Source: Salinispira sp.
GTDB taxonomy: Bacteria > Spirochaetota > Spirochaetia > DSM-27196 > Salinispiraceae
Direction: 5' to 3'
NCBI GenBank assembly: GCA_965602015.1
Contig: OZ271918.1
Span: 2,592,001 to 2,656,000, forward strand
DNA: 64,000 nucleotides
Shown: piece by piece, positions 36,536 to 45,775 of the stretch
How the letters are laid out: each line of letters starts with the position of its first letter
Numbering within the stretch: position 1 is the first letter of the stretch
The notes under the pieces: generated by a model
What the model saw: the letters and a program-made list of their open reading frames with translations, nothing else
Told to the model about the DNA's origin: nothing
The model's database searches: none
Translations under genes and position numbers: made by a program

Positions 36536-39382
36536 TCAGGGCAGACGCTCGAGACGCAGGGCAAACTGACCGCTGTATTCCTCCTTGCTTCCCTCGATAT
36601 ACAGCGTCAGGCTCGAGGAGCCGGGGATGACCCGGGCGGAGGGTTCATTATCCGTTGCGCTGTAGCCCCCGTCGGCATCGTATGCGCCTGTGTATTCCGG
36701 CTCAGCATATACATCGGCATCGAGCAGACCGTCCTCATCAAAGAGGGCGAACCACAGGGCCTGAACCGGTGTATTGAGCTCGACGGAGAGCACCTCGGCG
36801 CTGTAGGAATCGGCGACGAACAGTCCGTACTGGACGCCGGGCTCAACGGAAAACCGGTACAGCCGGGCCTGACCGGCTGCAAGTTCCGAGGCGATCCATT
36901 CTCCGGTTCGGGCCTCAACAGGCGCTCCGCCGCGGGAAGCCAGCAGCCCGGCTGCGGATATGCTGACGCCATCTGGCGCTTCGCCTGGCTCATCCCCGAA
37001 AAGCCGATAATCACCTTCAAGGAGCGCATAGGCATAGGAGCCGGCGTAGCCATCGTTGTATCCCCGTATATCAACCACGGTCACCTCGGCGCTGGCAGTA
37101 AATACCGCTGCTGGCGGGGCAATATCAACTTCATTGCCCAGGGGGGCGACCCCGGCCGCCTTGTCTTCATCGTATTGCTGGTACACCGAGCGGGGGTACG
37201 GGGTTTGACCATCGGCCTCATAGATATGGAACTGATACGCCCGCAGCACCTCGCTTTGGGGAATGACATAGGCATTCTGACGGTTATTGTACGAATCGAC
37301 CAAATACAGCCGATACGCCGTACCCGGTTCGGTGCGGAATTCAATGGTCTGCTGTTGACCGGCTTCCAGACGCCCGATGCGGAACTCGAGCGGACTGCCC
37401 TGGGGGAGCGTCGACAGGATCTTCCTGCTGGAAAAGAGGGAGGGGTCGAGGCTCCCCCTGGGTCCGGTTACTACAAGTGCCAGGGCGCCGGCGTAGCTGC
37501 TCTGGTATCCCTCGATTTCCAGGACAATGCGGTCATCTTCGGGGATTATTTGCGCCGCCGCATCGGCGGATTCCGGAGTCACCCCTCCGCCGGCCTCCTG
37601 TACCGCATAGGAATCGGAATACTCCCGGCTGCCGTCGGCGGTGAAAGCCCTGAAGACCAGGGCCCGAATGGCGTCTTCCTCGGGGAGGGTATTCTCATAA
37701 AAGCTCCGGTTATAACTGTCGACCAGAATTATTTCGTGGGGCTGCCCGGTTTCAACCGGAACGCTGATCCGCAGCCGCTCGCCGGCTTCCAGTCGGTACA
37801 CCCCGTCCAGGGAGGCGGCGGACAGTTCGCCGGGTGCCGACAGGCTCGCAGTCCCGCCGGCTTCGGTCCAGTCCGGTCCCAGCACCGCCCCCCCGAGCAC
37901 TGCGAAGACGATGGCCAGCGTGGAAAGCACAAACAGGGCGCTTTGCAGCGCAAGCTGGCTTTTTACCCAGCGCAGCCAATCCAGCCTGGCCACCGCCAGA
38001 ACCCCCATGAGGGCGGCGGATGTGGGTACGATCATATTGGTAAACCCGTCCCCCAGCTGGAAGGCCAGAACGGAAACCTGCCGGGATACTCCGGCGTACT
38101 GGGCGAGGGGCGCCATGAGCGGCATGGTGAGGGCGGCCTTTCCCGAACCCGAGGGCACGAAAAAGTTGAACGCCGCCTGAAAGAGGTACATTACCCAGGC
38201 CGACAGGACCCGGGGCAGCTGTCTGAGGCCGTTGCCCGCCCCGTATAGGATGGTATTGAGCATATTGGGCGCCGTCGGGTCGCCCGGGTCGCCTCCGAGA
38301 GTCAGAATAATCAGTATGCCCTTTGCCATGCCGACGATGAGGGCCGCGCCCAATAGATCCCTGGCGCCGGACACAAATGATTCGGCTATGACCGAAACGC
38401 TCATGCCGTTGAGCTTGAAAATTACCCCGATGACTCCGGCAAGCAATCCCATAATAAAAAACTGGGTGGCGATCTCCGGAATGTAATACTCGGCCAGGGT
38501 GACGCCCAGGGCCACCCAGATTATTCCGGCGAGGACTATCAGCAAAACCAGGGCGTGACCGGTTGTAAAGCCCTGCTCCGCACCGCCCGGGCCGGAACCC
38601 CTGTTTTGGTCGCGGAAATACGCGTCGCTTTCCCAGCTCAGCGAACTCTCGGGATCCTTCGCGATTTTACGGGCGTACCACATGGTGAAGCCCGTCCCGA
38701 GGAGGGTAAACAGGATAAAAAGCAGGACCCGGTACCCGAGACCCGAAAGCACGGGGATTCCGGCGATTCCCTGGGCGATGGCAATGGAGAACGGGTTCAT
38801 CCAGCTTGAGGCGAATCCGATCTGGGTTGCCCCGTAGGTCACCAAGACCCCGGTTATGGCGTCGTAGCCGAGGGCCACCACAATGGGTATGACGATCATG
38901 GCGAAGGGAATGGCTTCCTCCCCCATGCCGAAAGTCGCTCCTGCGAAGGAGAAGATCAAAAAGAGAACAGGGATGAAGGCAATCCGGGCTCCCCTCAGGC
39001 GTTGAATTACCCGGTGCATCGCAGCCTCAATGGCGCCGGTTTTGATGATGATGCCGAACGCGCCCCCGATCACCAAAATAAAAACCACTATTGACGCCGA
39101 GTCCACGATACCCTGAAAGACATAATTGAACAGACCGACGCCATGATACGCGCCAAAAAGGGGCACTCCCCGGGTCTGCGGTCGGCCCCCGGCGCCGGAG
39201 AGAAACTCGAAGCTGTCGGGGTCGATGCTCACCCTCTCGTCCAGCTCCATGCGCTGAGGGTCCCACACATAGTTTTCTAGGACGTCGAATTTGCCCACCG
39301 GCACGATGTAGGTGAGAATCCACGCGGCAAGCACGACGAAAAAAATAACCACAAAGGTGTTCAGTGTTTTAGCCTGTTTCAT
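36536..39382 (-). CDS. yfcC: YfcC-family (basic amino acid / dipeptide antiporter) protein fused to a C-terminal three-repeat extension
   Basis: GATFGMGEEAIPF; SSWMNPFS; PSGSG.AALTMPLMAPL; AFQLGDGFTN; ~450 extra soluble residues after the last TM. Confidence 0.88.
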   Translation of the reverse strand: MKQAKTLNTFVVIFFVVLAAWILTYIVPVGKFDVLENYVWDPQRMELDERVSIDPDSFEFLSGAGGRPQTRGVPLFGAYHGVGLFNYVFQGIVDSASIVVFILVIGGAFGIIIKTGAIEAAMHRVIQRLRGARIAFIPVLFLIFSFAGATFGMGEEAIPFAMIVIPIVVALGYDAITGVLVTYGATQIGFASSWMNPFSIAIAQGIAGIPVLSGLGYRVLLFILFTLLGTGFTMWYARKIAKDPESSLSWESDAYFRDQNRGSGPGGAEQGFTTGHALVLLIVLAGIIWVALGVTLAEYYIPEIATQFFIMGLLAGVIGVIFKLNGMSVSVIAESFVSGARDLLGAALIVGMAKGILIILTLGGDPGDPTAPNMLNTILYGAGNGLRQLPRVLSAWVMYLFQAAFNFFVPSGSGKAALTMPLMAPLAQYAGVSRQVSVLAFQLGDGFTNMIVPTSAALMGVLAVARLDWLRWVKSQLALQSALFVLSTLAIVFAVLGGAVLGPDWTEAGGTASLSAPGELSAASLDGVYRLEAGERLRISVPVETGQPHEIILVDSYNRSFYENTLPEEDAIRALVFRAFTADGSREYSDSYAVQEAGGGVTPESADAAAQIIPEDDRIVLEIEGYQSSYAGALALVVTGPRGSLDPSLFSSRKILSTLPQGSPLEFRIGRLEAGQQQTIEFRTEPGTAYRLYLVDSYNNRQNAYVIPQSEVLRAYQFHIYEADGQTPYPRSVYQQYDEDKAAGVAPLGNEVDIAPPAAVFTASAEVTVVDIRGYNDGYAGSYAYALLEGDYRLFGDEPGEAPDGVSISAAGLLASRGGAPVEARTGEWIASELAAGQARLYRFSVEPGVQYGLFVADSYSAEVLSVELNTPVQALWFALFDEDGLLDADVYAEPEYTGAYDADGGYSATDNEPSARVIPGSSSLTLYIEGSKEEYSGQFALRLERLP

Positions 39383-39383
39383 C

Positions 39384-40871
39384 TCAATCCTCCGAAGCCA
39401 CGCTGACGTTCACCGGCTCGATATCCAGATACACATGAAAGGCGGAGAAATGAGCCCGTCCGGAAAAAACCTTGCGGCCCCAAAAGCCGTTGCTGTCAGG
39501 GCCCTTATAGAATCTCAGCATAACTCCGTCTCCCGGCTCGACGCCCCTCAGGAGATTGCGGTCGTCGAATGCGAAACCGAAGTTTTCATCGGCTTCGTTG
39601 TCCAATAAATCCTGAATCATGTGGTACGTCAGGGCATCAGGAGCGAAAACATTACCATTGACCGGTGGCTCGAGGGCGGAGAACTCGTCTCCCCGAAGGG
39701 AATTCTCTTTGTAGTCCGCAAAATAGAACTGGTATTCCCGGTAATCGAAGCGGTCTTTCTCCTCGATATACGAAAGGCGGATTCCCGTGGCCCGCATGGG
39801 CGCCAGTTGTTCGAATTGGGCGGCGCGCAAATCGATAATGACCGCCCCGCGCTCACCGACCACTTCAACGCTGCCGTCTTTGACGATGAGGGCGGTGTTT
39901 TCGTCAATGCCGACCCCGAGCTCTATGCCCCTGTCGGCCATTGCGGCAATTAAGCGGCCGAAACGCCCCCGCTTCAAAAAATGCTGGTCGGCCATAACCT
40001 CCGGCCAAAAGCCCAGCCCCTTGGTGAGAAACACCCGGTCATCCCGGTCATCGTAGTAGGGGTCGTCATCGGTGGCGCCCTGCAGCAGGGCTCCAAGGCT
40101 CGATCCGCCGTCGATCATGGGGTCGGACATGATCGCCGCGCCGGCGCTGGTTCCGCCGATGACTGCTCCGTCACGGTAAAGCCGGCGGATCTCTTCCAGT
40201 ACCGGGCCGTCGCTCCAGCTCCCCGAATCATCCTGAACCATCAACAGGTCGCGGATTCGGCCCTGCCACCCCCCGGTGAACCAGATGCCGGTCACCCCCC
40301 GAAGGGCGGAGATGATTTCATCGGAACCCATGACCCCCTGCTCGCGCTTCAGAGCTCTGGCGGCCCGAACGAGCTCCCGCTCCCGTGCTTCGCCTCCGCC
40401 GCTCTTGGAAAGTTCCTCCGTGAGTATGCTGAGCACTTCGTCGGAGGCACTCTTTCCCCCGTAGCGCCAGTAGGATTCGTCGAGTTCAAGGGTTTGAATG
40501 TCATCCCGGTCGGCAATAGGAAGAACGATGATCCTCTGCTCAGGTACGCCGTAACGGGAGAAAATCCCCCGGTAGTACGAAGCCGACTGAGCAGGGGTTC
40601 CGCTGGCTCCGGGGAATATCGCGATTCGGGCGTGAACCGGCCCTCCGGCCAGCTCTATGAATTCGGTAAACAACGCCGAGTTGTCCGCCTCTACCGCCCC
40701 GCCGGCGATTACCAGACTTCCCAAAGGTGACCCGTCAACCGGAGCATGCCGGGGCCCGGAACAGGCGGGCAGTATAATAGAAGCCAGAACAACAGAAGCC
40801 AGAACAAACACTATTGCAGGGGAAAGCGGGCCGGTTCTCTGCCGCAGCGGGTTAGCTGGATTGGCAAACAT
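39384..40871 (-). CDS. Cyanophycinase (peptidase S51) lipoprotein
   Basis: Lipobox ILPAC; IAGG; FTGGWQ; GGTSAGAA (Ser); DQHFLKRGRFGRL (His); GIDENTA (Glu). Confidence 0.9.
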   Translation of the reverse strand: MFANPANPLRQRTGPLSPAIVFVLASVVLASIILPACSGPRHAPVDGSPLGSLVIAGGAVEADNSALFTEFIELAGGPVHARIAIFPGASGTPAQSASYYRGIFSRYGVPEQRIIVLPIADRDDIQTLELDESYWRYGGKSASDEVLSILTEELSKSGGGEARERELVRAARALKREQGVMGSDEIISALRGVTGIWFTGGWQGRIRDLLMVQDDSGSWSDGPVLEEIRRLYRDGAVIGGTSAGAAIMSDPMIDGGSSLGALLQGATDDDPYYDDRDDRVFLTKGLGFWPEVMADQHFLKRGRFGRLIAAMADRGIELGVGIDENTALIVKDGSVEVVGERGAVIIDLRAAQFEQLAPMRATGIRLSYIEEKDRFDYREYQFYFADYKENSLRGDEFSALEPPVNGNVFAPDALTYHMIQDLLDNEADENFGFAFDDRNLLRGVEPGDGVMLRFYKGPDSNGFWGRKVFSGRAHFSAFHVYLDIEPVNVSVASED

Positions 40872-41150
40872 GTAACACCTCCGGATTTTTCTCTGTAGTA
40901 TACACGCGCGGGGCTGCTAGCCCGCAATTATTACGACTATAGTAGTAGTAACCATAATATCCTGACGACCGCCCAGGGGCAAGGGCGGGTGACAGGGTGA
41001 AATTCACTCTATTTCCGAGACCCGGGGTATTGCCCGATTTCATGTATTATAGTAATCCTATGCACCGGCATTGTTCGACAGCGATTGCACTCCAAAGCCG
41101 GTAAATCTTTACAAAGGGGTCAATTACCATTTTGCCCCGCGAGGTGTCCT

Positions 41151-41690
41151 GTGGAACCAGCGATCATCGTCGTCCTCACCATTATCCTGGTGCTTTCCGT
41201 TAAAACCGGCATGGACGTTCTCTTCCTTGCGAAAATCGACGCATTCAACCGGGGTAATCGACTCTATTACATAATGGTCAGTTTTGTAGAAACCGCATTC
41301 GGTATCTTCGGCCTGTCCCTGGTCCTTCAAAAAGTCAGCAGCAATTACCTGTACATTTTTGCCTATGCCTTCGGCGCAGTTGCCGGCGGACTGATCAGCT
41401 CCAAAATAAAGGCCAAGCTCGATGACCGGCTTGATGGTCAGCGGAAGTTCTTTGCCAGAATAACCCTCGAGGAACACATCGATGAGGAAGATCTGGTGGA
41501 AAAGCTCAGAGAAGGTAATTTTGATTTTGTGGTGAAAAAGGAGCATTACCTCACCGGTCAGACCCGAACGGTTATCCAGGGGAGCCTGGATGACAGAAAG
41601 CGGATGTGGCAGTTGAAGGATATTCTGCGCGGCCGACCGGGCAAGCATCTGGTAATCCTGCGCGCCGAGGACATTTACTTCCTGCACTAA
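41151..41690 (+). CDS. DUF5698/UPF0316-like membrane protein
   Basis: TM region with SFVET and YIFAYAFGAVAG plus a soluble C-terminal domain; GAGG RBS before GTG 41151. Confidence 0.6.
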   Translation: MEPAIIVVLTIILVLSVKTGMDVLFLAKIDAFNRGNRLYYIMVSFVETAFGIFGLSLVLQKVSSNYLYIFAYAFGAVAGGLISSKIKAKLDDRLDGQRKFFARITLEEHIDEEDLVEKLREGNFDFVVKKEHYLTGQTRTVIQGSLDDRKRMWQLKDILRGRPGKHLVILRAEDIYFLH

Positions 41691-41815
41691 ATCTGCGGGC
41701 AGCATTCCCGGGGCGATTAGCCCGACGGCGGCCGTTCGCGCCCGGGGACGAGGACTTCTTTTGTACCTCGCTTTGCCGTCGGGGTTTATGTCTTCCCGAT
41801 GTGAACCGATAAGGA

Positions 41816-41998
41816 GTGCAAGAGGTGCGCATTATGGAAACCACGGCCCCGATAGACGCCGAGGGCAATTGCCCGTTCACAAAAGATGAGGATGCCATTC
41901 CGTTTCTCGAAGCGGTAGAGGAGCGGCCCGCTGAACCTGAGGATACCCTCCTGGCCATCATACAGGGCTTCCTCGAACCGACGGGTTATCGGCAGTAA
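41816..41998 (+). CDS. Small acidic hypothetical protein
   Basis: 60-aa ORF with AAGGAG/AGAGG RBS-like sites; no motif. Confidence 0.35.
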   Translation: MQEVRIMETTAPIDAEGNCPFTKDEDAIPFLEAVEERPAEPEDTLLAIIQGFLEPTGYRQ

Positions 41999-42105
41999 AA
42001 CACGGGGCAATTATGTCCTGACAATCCGTCAGGGTATTCGCCTCGCCAATGGGCAGGACATATCACGCGAACGCAGAGCCGGTGATTCGGGCTGCGGGCC
42101 AGGGC

Positions 42106-42966
42106 CTATTGATCCATACTGTCCACAAAGCGCTTATACTTTTTGTCTTCTTCCAGGATGTGTTTCACCGTCCAGTCCCTGAGAAATACTATGATTTCAT
42201 CGGTCAGGTTGATTTTTCCCGTTTTTAACTTCTGAGCGAAACCAGAAACTTCTCCAACGAAGTATTTATGCAGTTCCTGGTGATCGTGCAGGAGAGGATA
42301 GGCGTTTTTGGCCATATGCTCCTCTTCATAGGAAAAGTGATACTGGGTGTAATACAGAAGCTTTTTGATAATGATCGGCAGGAACAGCTGTTTCCTGGCT
42401 TCGCTGGTATGCTGCAGGTCGTTGGTTTGCTGAAGGATGGCGATGAGCTGCTTGTGCTGATCATCTATCGCCTTGATTTCCAAGCCGAGCTTTTTCTGCT
42501 GCCACAGATTGAGCACTTCGCTTCGGGAACTCTGGGCGGGAGAAAAATGCAGCTCCGGTACGATGTTGTTGGCTGCGAAATATCCGGCGTACTCCCGGTC
42601 ATCCCCATGTATATGCTTGAGAATCCATTCGACCAGGAAATCCTGCAGGTGCTCAAGGGGCATGTTGGGCTTCTCGCGATATTCGTCCAGGTATTGTTTT
42701 ATCTCTTTTCTGAAATTTTCGTGCAGCTCGAGATGTTCTTCCACATCCGGATATCCGTATTCCCGAAACAGTCCCTCTTCGCTGACGAAGTGAAAACCGG
42801 TGTAGGCATACAGGCGCTTGAGCACCTTGATTATCATCTCGCTATCCCTGCTTTCCGACTCAATCTCGTCGTGAAGCTGATTTGTGAGAATGAACAGTTC
42901 CCGATGCTGGCTGTCGATTACTTCAATATCGATGCCGTGCTGTTTCTGATCCCATTGAACGAACAT
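42106..42966 (-). CDS. Tandem two-domain bacteriohemerythrin
   Basis: Both halves have IDxQH, HFxxEE, HxxxH and HIxxxD di-iron ligands; start reassigned to ATG 42966. Confidence 0.92.
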   Translation of the reverse strand: MFVQWDQKQHGIDIEVIDSQHRELFILTNQLHDEIESESRDSEMIIKVLKRLYAYTGFHFVSEEGLFREYGYPDVEEHLELHENFRKEIKQYLDEYREKPNMPLEHLQDFLVEWILKHIHGDDREYAGYFAANNIVPELHFSPAQSSRSEVLNLWQQKKLGLEIKAIDDQHKQLIAILQQTNDLQHTSEARKQLFLPIIIKKLLYYTQYHFSYEEEHMAKNAYPLLHDHQELHKYFVGEVSGFAQKLKTGKINLTDEIIVFLRDWTVKHILEEDKKYKRFVDSMDQ

Positions 42967-42993
42967 GCTTACAGTATCGCCCAGCGCAGCCCG

Positions 42994-43063
42994 CGCTGCA
43001 AACCATACGCTGCAAACCATACGCTGCAAACCATACGCTGCAAACCATACGCTGCAAACCATA
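42994..43063. repeat. 14-bp tandem repeat, five perfect copies (CGCTGCAAACCATA)
   Basis: Exact copies at 42994, 43008, 43022, 43036 and 43050, plus a degenerate sixth. Confidence 0.97.
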
Positions 43064-43125
43064 CAGTGCAAGCATTGCGGGAAACCTCCAGGCATACTAC
43101 TGTAGTAGCGAGAACGGAGGTCCAC

Positions 43126-43845
43126 ATGAATGTACAGAGTACCGTGTTAGCCTTGGCAGCCGACAGCATAGCCGCAGTTGAGCGGGCAGAGGCGGCCCTC
43201 CCCTCCTCCGCGTTGGACAGTCCCAGCAGCTGGGAAACCTGGAACGCCGCCGACGCCCTGACTCATTGCGCCGAGTGGCTGTCAAAAGACCAATCCCGAC
43301 TGGGAAACCCCGGAGAACTTATTCCCATAATCGGTAGTCAGGAGCTCGAAGAGATGAACCGGGAGTACTATGAGAAACATCGGGGAAGCGATTGGAAGAC
43401 CGCAAGGTCGTATTTTACACACAAGGTCGAAGGGATCAGACAGATAATAGAGGCCGACGAAGATCCGGATTTGAGCCGTTTGCTGCATTACAGCGACGGG
43501 AGGACTCGCCCGCTGTGGTGGGGCGTCTCCGGACACCTGGGACTCCATGTTGGATGGCATTTGGGAATCATCCTCCGCCGCCATGAATTGGCAAGCCTGT
43601 CGGTTGAGTTGGTACAGGATTTTGTTAGCCGATCGCTCAGTTTGAGCGACGATCCTACATGGCGCTCGGCAAACCACTACGATTTGGCCGTAGCCTATGC
43701 CCAGGCCTCGCGACCTGAAGAAGCGGTTGAAGAGTTAAAAAAAAGTTTCTCCCTGTTCCCGCCCAATCGGGATATTGCACCGGAAGACGATGATCTGACC
43801 CCCCTTTGGAACCGGGCTGATTTTGTCGCGATTACAAGGGATTGA
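43126..43845 (+). CDS. DinB/ClbS-like four-helix-bundle protein with C-terminal TPR
   Basis: WNAADALTHCAEW; HxxxHxxWH; YDLAVAYAQ...EAVEELKKS...DDDLTPL TPR end; GGAGG RBS. Confidence 0.75.
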   Translation: MNVQSTVLALAADSIAAVERAEAALPSSALDSPSSWETWNAADALTHCAEWLSKDQSRLGNPGELIPIIGSQELEEMNREYYEKHRGSDWKTARSYFTHKVEGIRQIIEADEDPDLSRLLHYSDGRTRPLWWGVSGHLGLHVGWHLGIILRRHELASLSVELVQDFVSRSLSLSDDPTWRSANHYDLAVAYAQASRPEEAVEELKKSFSLFPPNRDIAPEDDDLTPLWNRADFVAITRD

Positions 43846-43854
43846 TAAGTATCC

Positions 43855-44433
43855 ATGGCTATGAGAACCCAAAACGCAAAAATACTTGAGAGCATCTACG
43901 AACGGGAAGGTCCCGGCGGCGCTTTTATCATCACCACCAGGGTGGATGATTATAGCGAGCTGTTTAACTACCTGGACCCTGCACCGTTCAGACGCCGGGA
44001 CCTGGACCAGGACTTTCTCAATTATGTAAACCAGTGCTCCGAGGAGATTCCCCTTGAATACCAGGTCTCGCTTCAGATTCAGCTGCCGGGCGACAAGCGG
44101 GATGAAGAGAAGGAAGAGCGGGTGCGCCGGGGCATTAAAAGCTACTATGTCCATTGGGACCTGGCTGAACAGAGAAAAATACACCGTTCCCACCAATACA
44201 GCCTGGTTTATGCGGTCATCGGGTTGCTGTTCATCCTTTCGGTCAACTTCATTGTCCCGGACATGGAATATCTTTCCACCCTGATCTATGAGGGACTGCA
44301 CGTCGGGGGCTGGGTGTTCCTCTGGGAGGCCTTTGCCGAGCTGGCGTTCAAGTCCAGGGATATCAGCCAAAATAAACGGCGCATACGCCGAGCCGCCGAC
44401 GCACCGATACGTTTTATTTCAGTAGACGCTTGA
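43855..44433 (+). CDS. Hypothetical protein with two C-terminal TM helices
   Basis: LFNYLDPAPFRRRDLD; EGLHVGGWVFLWEA. Confidence 0.8.
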   Translation: MAMRTQNAKILESIYEREGPGGAFIITTRVDDYSELFNYLDPAPFRRRDLDQDFLNYVNQCSEEIPLEYQVSLQIQLPGDKRDEEKEERVRRGIKSYYVHWDLAEQRKIHRSHQYSLVYAVIGLLFILSVNFIVPDMEYLSTLIYEGLHVGGWVFLWEAFAELAFKSRDISQNKRRIRRAADAPIRFISVDA

Positions 44434-44488
44434 AAAGCCAAACCCCCAGGATATATTATTTATTCCGTAATATTTAAGGGGGATCTCC

Positions 44489-45361
44489 ATGAGAAGAAAA
44501 ACCATTATGGCCGGAGGATTGGCTCTCCTGCTCCTTCTGACCTTTTCATCCTGCAATGTATTTGACGCGCTTTTCGGGCCGCCGCCGGTTGATGGTCAGG
44601 ACGGAATTTCCATACGCTGGAGGGGAAGCCTTCCTTCCGCACCGTCCGATCCCCAACTCAACGACGCATACTATAATACCAGTGACGGAACCAGTTACAT
44701 TTGGAACGGATCGGTATGGGATGTTCTTGCCATGGACGGTCTTGACGGCGCCGATGGTCAGGACGGGGAAAACCCTTATGACAACCTGCCGTTCGCTAAA
44801 GTGGAGGGGACCTTCAGTTTTTACGACGACGGAGTGTTTGTTGAAAATGCCATGCTGCGCCGTTATTACGTCCTCCTCGATGACGACACCAACCCGGCAA
44901 ACGGAGCTGTAGCCGTCAGCACCGGCACTACTCCGGACTTTATCGGGCTCTATGAGTTCTTCACCCCGTCCGATCGGGTCTATTTGTATTATGAGTTTTT
45001 TAACGTTCCCCCCGGGGAATACTTCGTCTATGCCTATATAGATGATTCCAGCGACTCCCTGCCTCAGGTTGGGCAGGACGCACCCGGTCCGCCGATTGAC
45101 GGAGGCGGACTCCCGCTGAGCGATTTGGCCAGCACCGGATTAGCTGATACCGTGGTTAGTGATGCGGGATTCGCCGGTGAATATATCGGGTTCTTCGGAA
45201 CCTTCAGCGAGGCCGATCTCGAGAACATTTTCTTTGGCCCGCGGGATCCAAACAGCGAGCTGATTGCCCCGGCTGGAGCCAACATCACCGTCAGTGGTCC
45301 GGGCCTTACGGTACTCGAAGATTTCAAGCTCATCAGCAACTTCACTCTGCCTCAGAACTGA
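44489..45361 (+). CDS. Acidic lipoprotein with short collagen-like GxD repeats
   Basis: Lipobox TFSSC; DGQDG...WRG...AYYNTSDGTSYIWNG..W...DGLDGADGQDG. Confidence 0.8.
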   Translation: MRRKTIMAGGLALLLLLTFSSCNVFDALFGPPPVDGQDGISIRWRGSLPSAPSDPQLNDAYYNTSDGTSYIWNGSVWDVLAMDGLDGADGQDGENPYDNLPFAKVEGTFSFYDDGVFVENAMLRRYYVLLDDDTNPANGAVAVSTGTTPDFIGLYEFFTPSDRVYLYYEFFNVPPGEYFVYAYIDDSSDSLPQVGQDAPGPPIDGGGLPLSDLASTGLADTVVSDAGFAGEYIGFFGTFSEADLENIFFGPRDPNSELIAPAGANITVSGPGLTVLEDFKLISNFTLPQN

Positions 45362-45378
45362 GCATGTGCAAATCCAGT

Positions 45379-45406
45379 ACGGCAGCCATACGGCTGCCGT
45401 TTTTTT
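45379..45406 (+). terminator. Rho-independent terminator
   Basis: ACGGCAGCC-ATAC-GGCTGCCGT followed by T6. Confidence 0.85.
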
Positions 45407-45421
45407 GTGTCGTGATTGCAT

Positions 45422-45739
45422 TTAAAAGCGATCCTGACGCCATACCTCTACGTCTTCCAGGTATACGATTCCCGGGTAGCGGCTAAAAACCTGGTTTACC
45501 ACGGCTTCGGCAATGGTTTCCGCCGTAGCCCGCTCCCGGACGATGACTTCGATTTTCACATTGGAAAAATCATCAACAACTGAGGCCCGGGAATCTATGG
45601 AGTGGTAATGGTGAAGTCCCCGGCCTCCTGCGGCCACCAGAGTATAGCCCTTGGCTCCCGATGCGCTGATGATTTTCTGAATTTCCCGCTCTACGAATTT
45701 TTCAGTGACTATGATTACCTTTAAGGCTTTATGAAACAT
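45422..45739 (-). CDS. sbtB: PII-like regulator SbtB
   Basis: KVIIVTE; GAKGYT..AGGRG; NVKIEVI; PGIVYLEDVEV; downstream of sbtA. Confidence 0.85.
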   Translation of the reverse strand: MFHKALKVIIVTEKFVEREIQKIISASGAKGYTLVAAGGRGLHHYHSIDSRASVVDDFSNVKIEVIVRERATAETIAEAVVNQVFSRYPGIVYLEDVEVWRQDRF

Positions 45740-45775
45740 GATTTCCTCCTGTTCGCACAAGGATACGCCGGGCTA

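Noticed and set aside
37175..38248. 357-aa plus-strand ORF and similar long antisense ORFs (48010-49110, 58534-59529, 62272-63129)
   Set aside because: Opposite well-supported genes in GC-rich sequence; no family motifs
42994..43063. Possible CRISPR array
   Set aside because: Head-to-tail 14-bp units with no spacers and no cas genes
42268..43125. Long N-terminal extensions of the 525-aa (+) and 339-aa (-) ORFs across the tandem repeat
   Set aside because: Read-through of antisense and repeat sequence; the real starts are most likely 43126 and 42966
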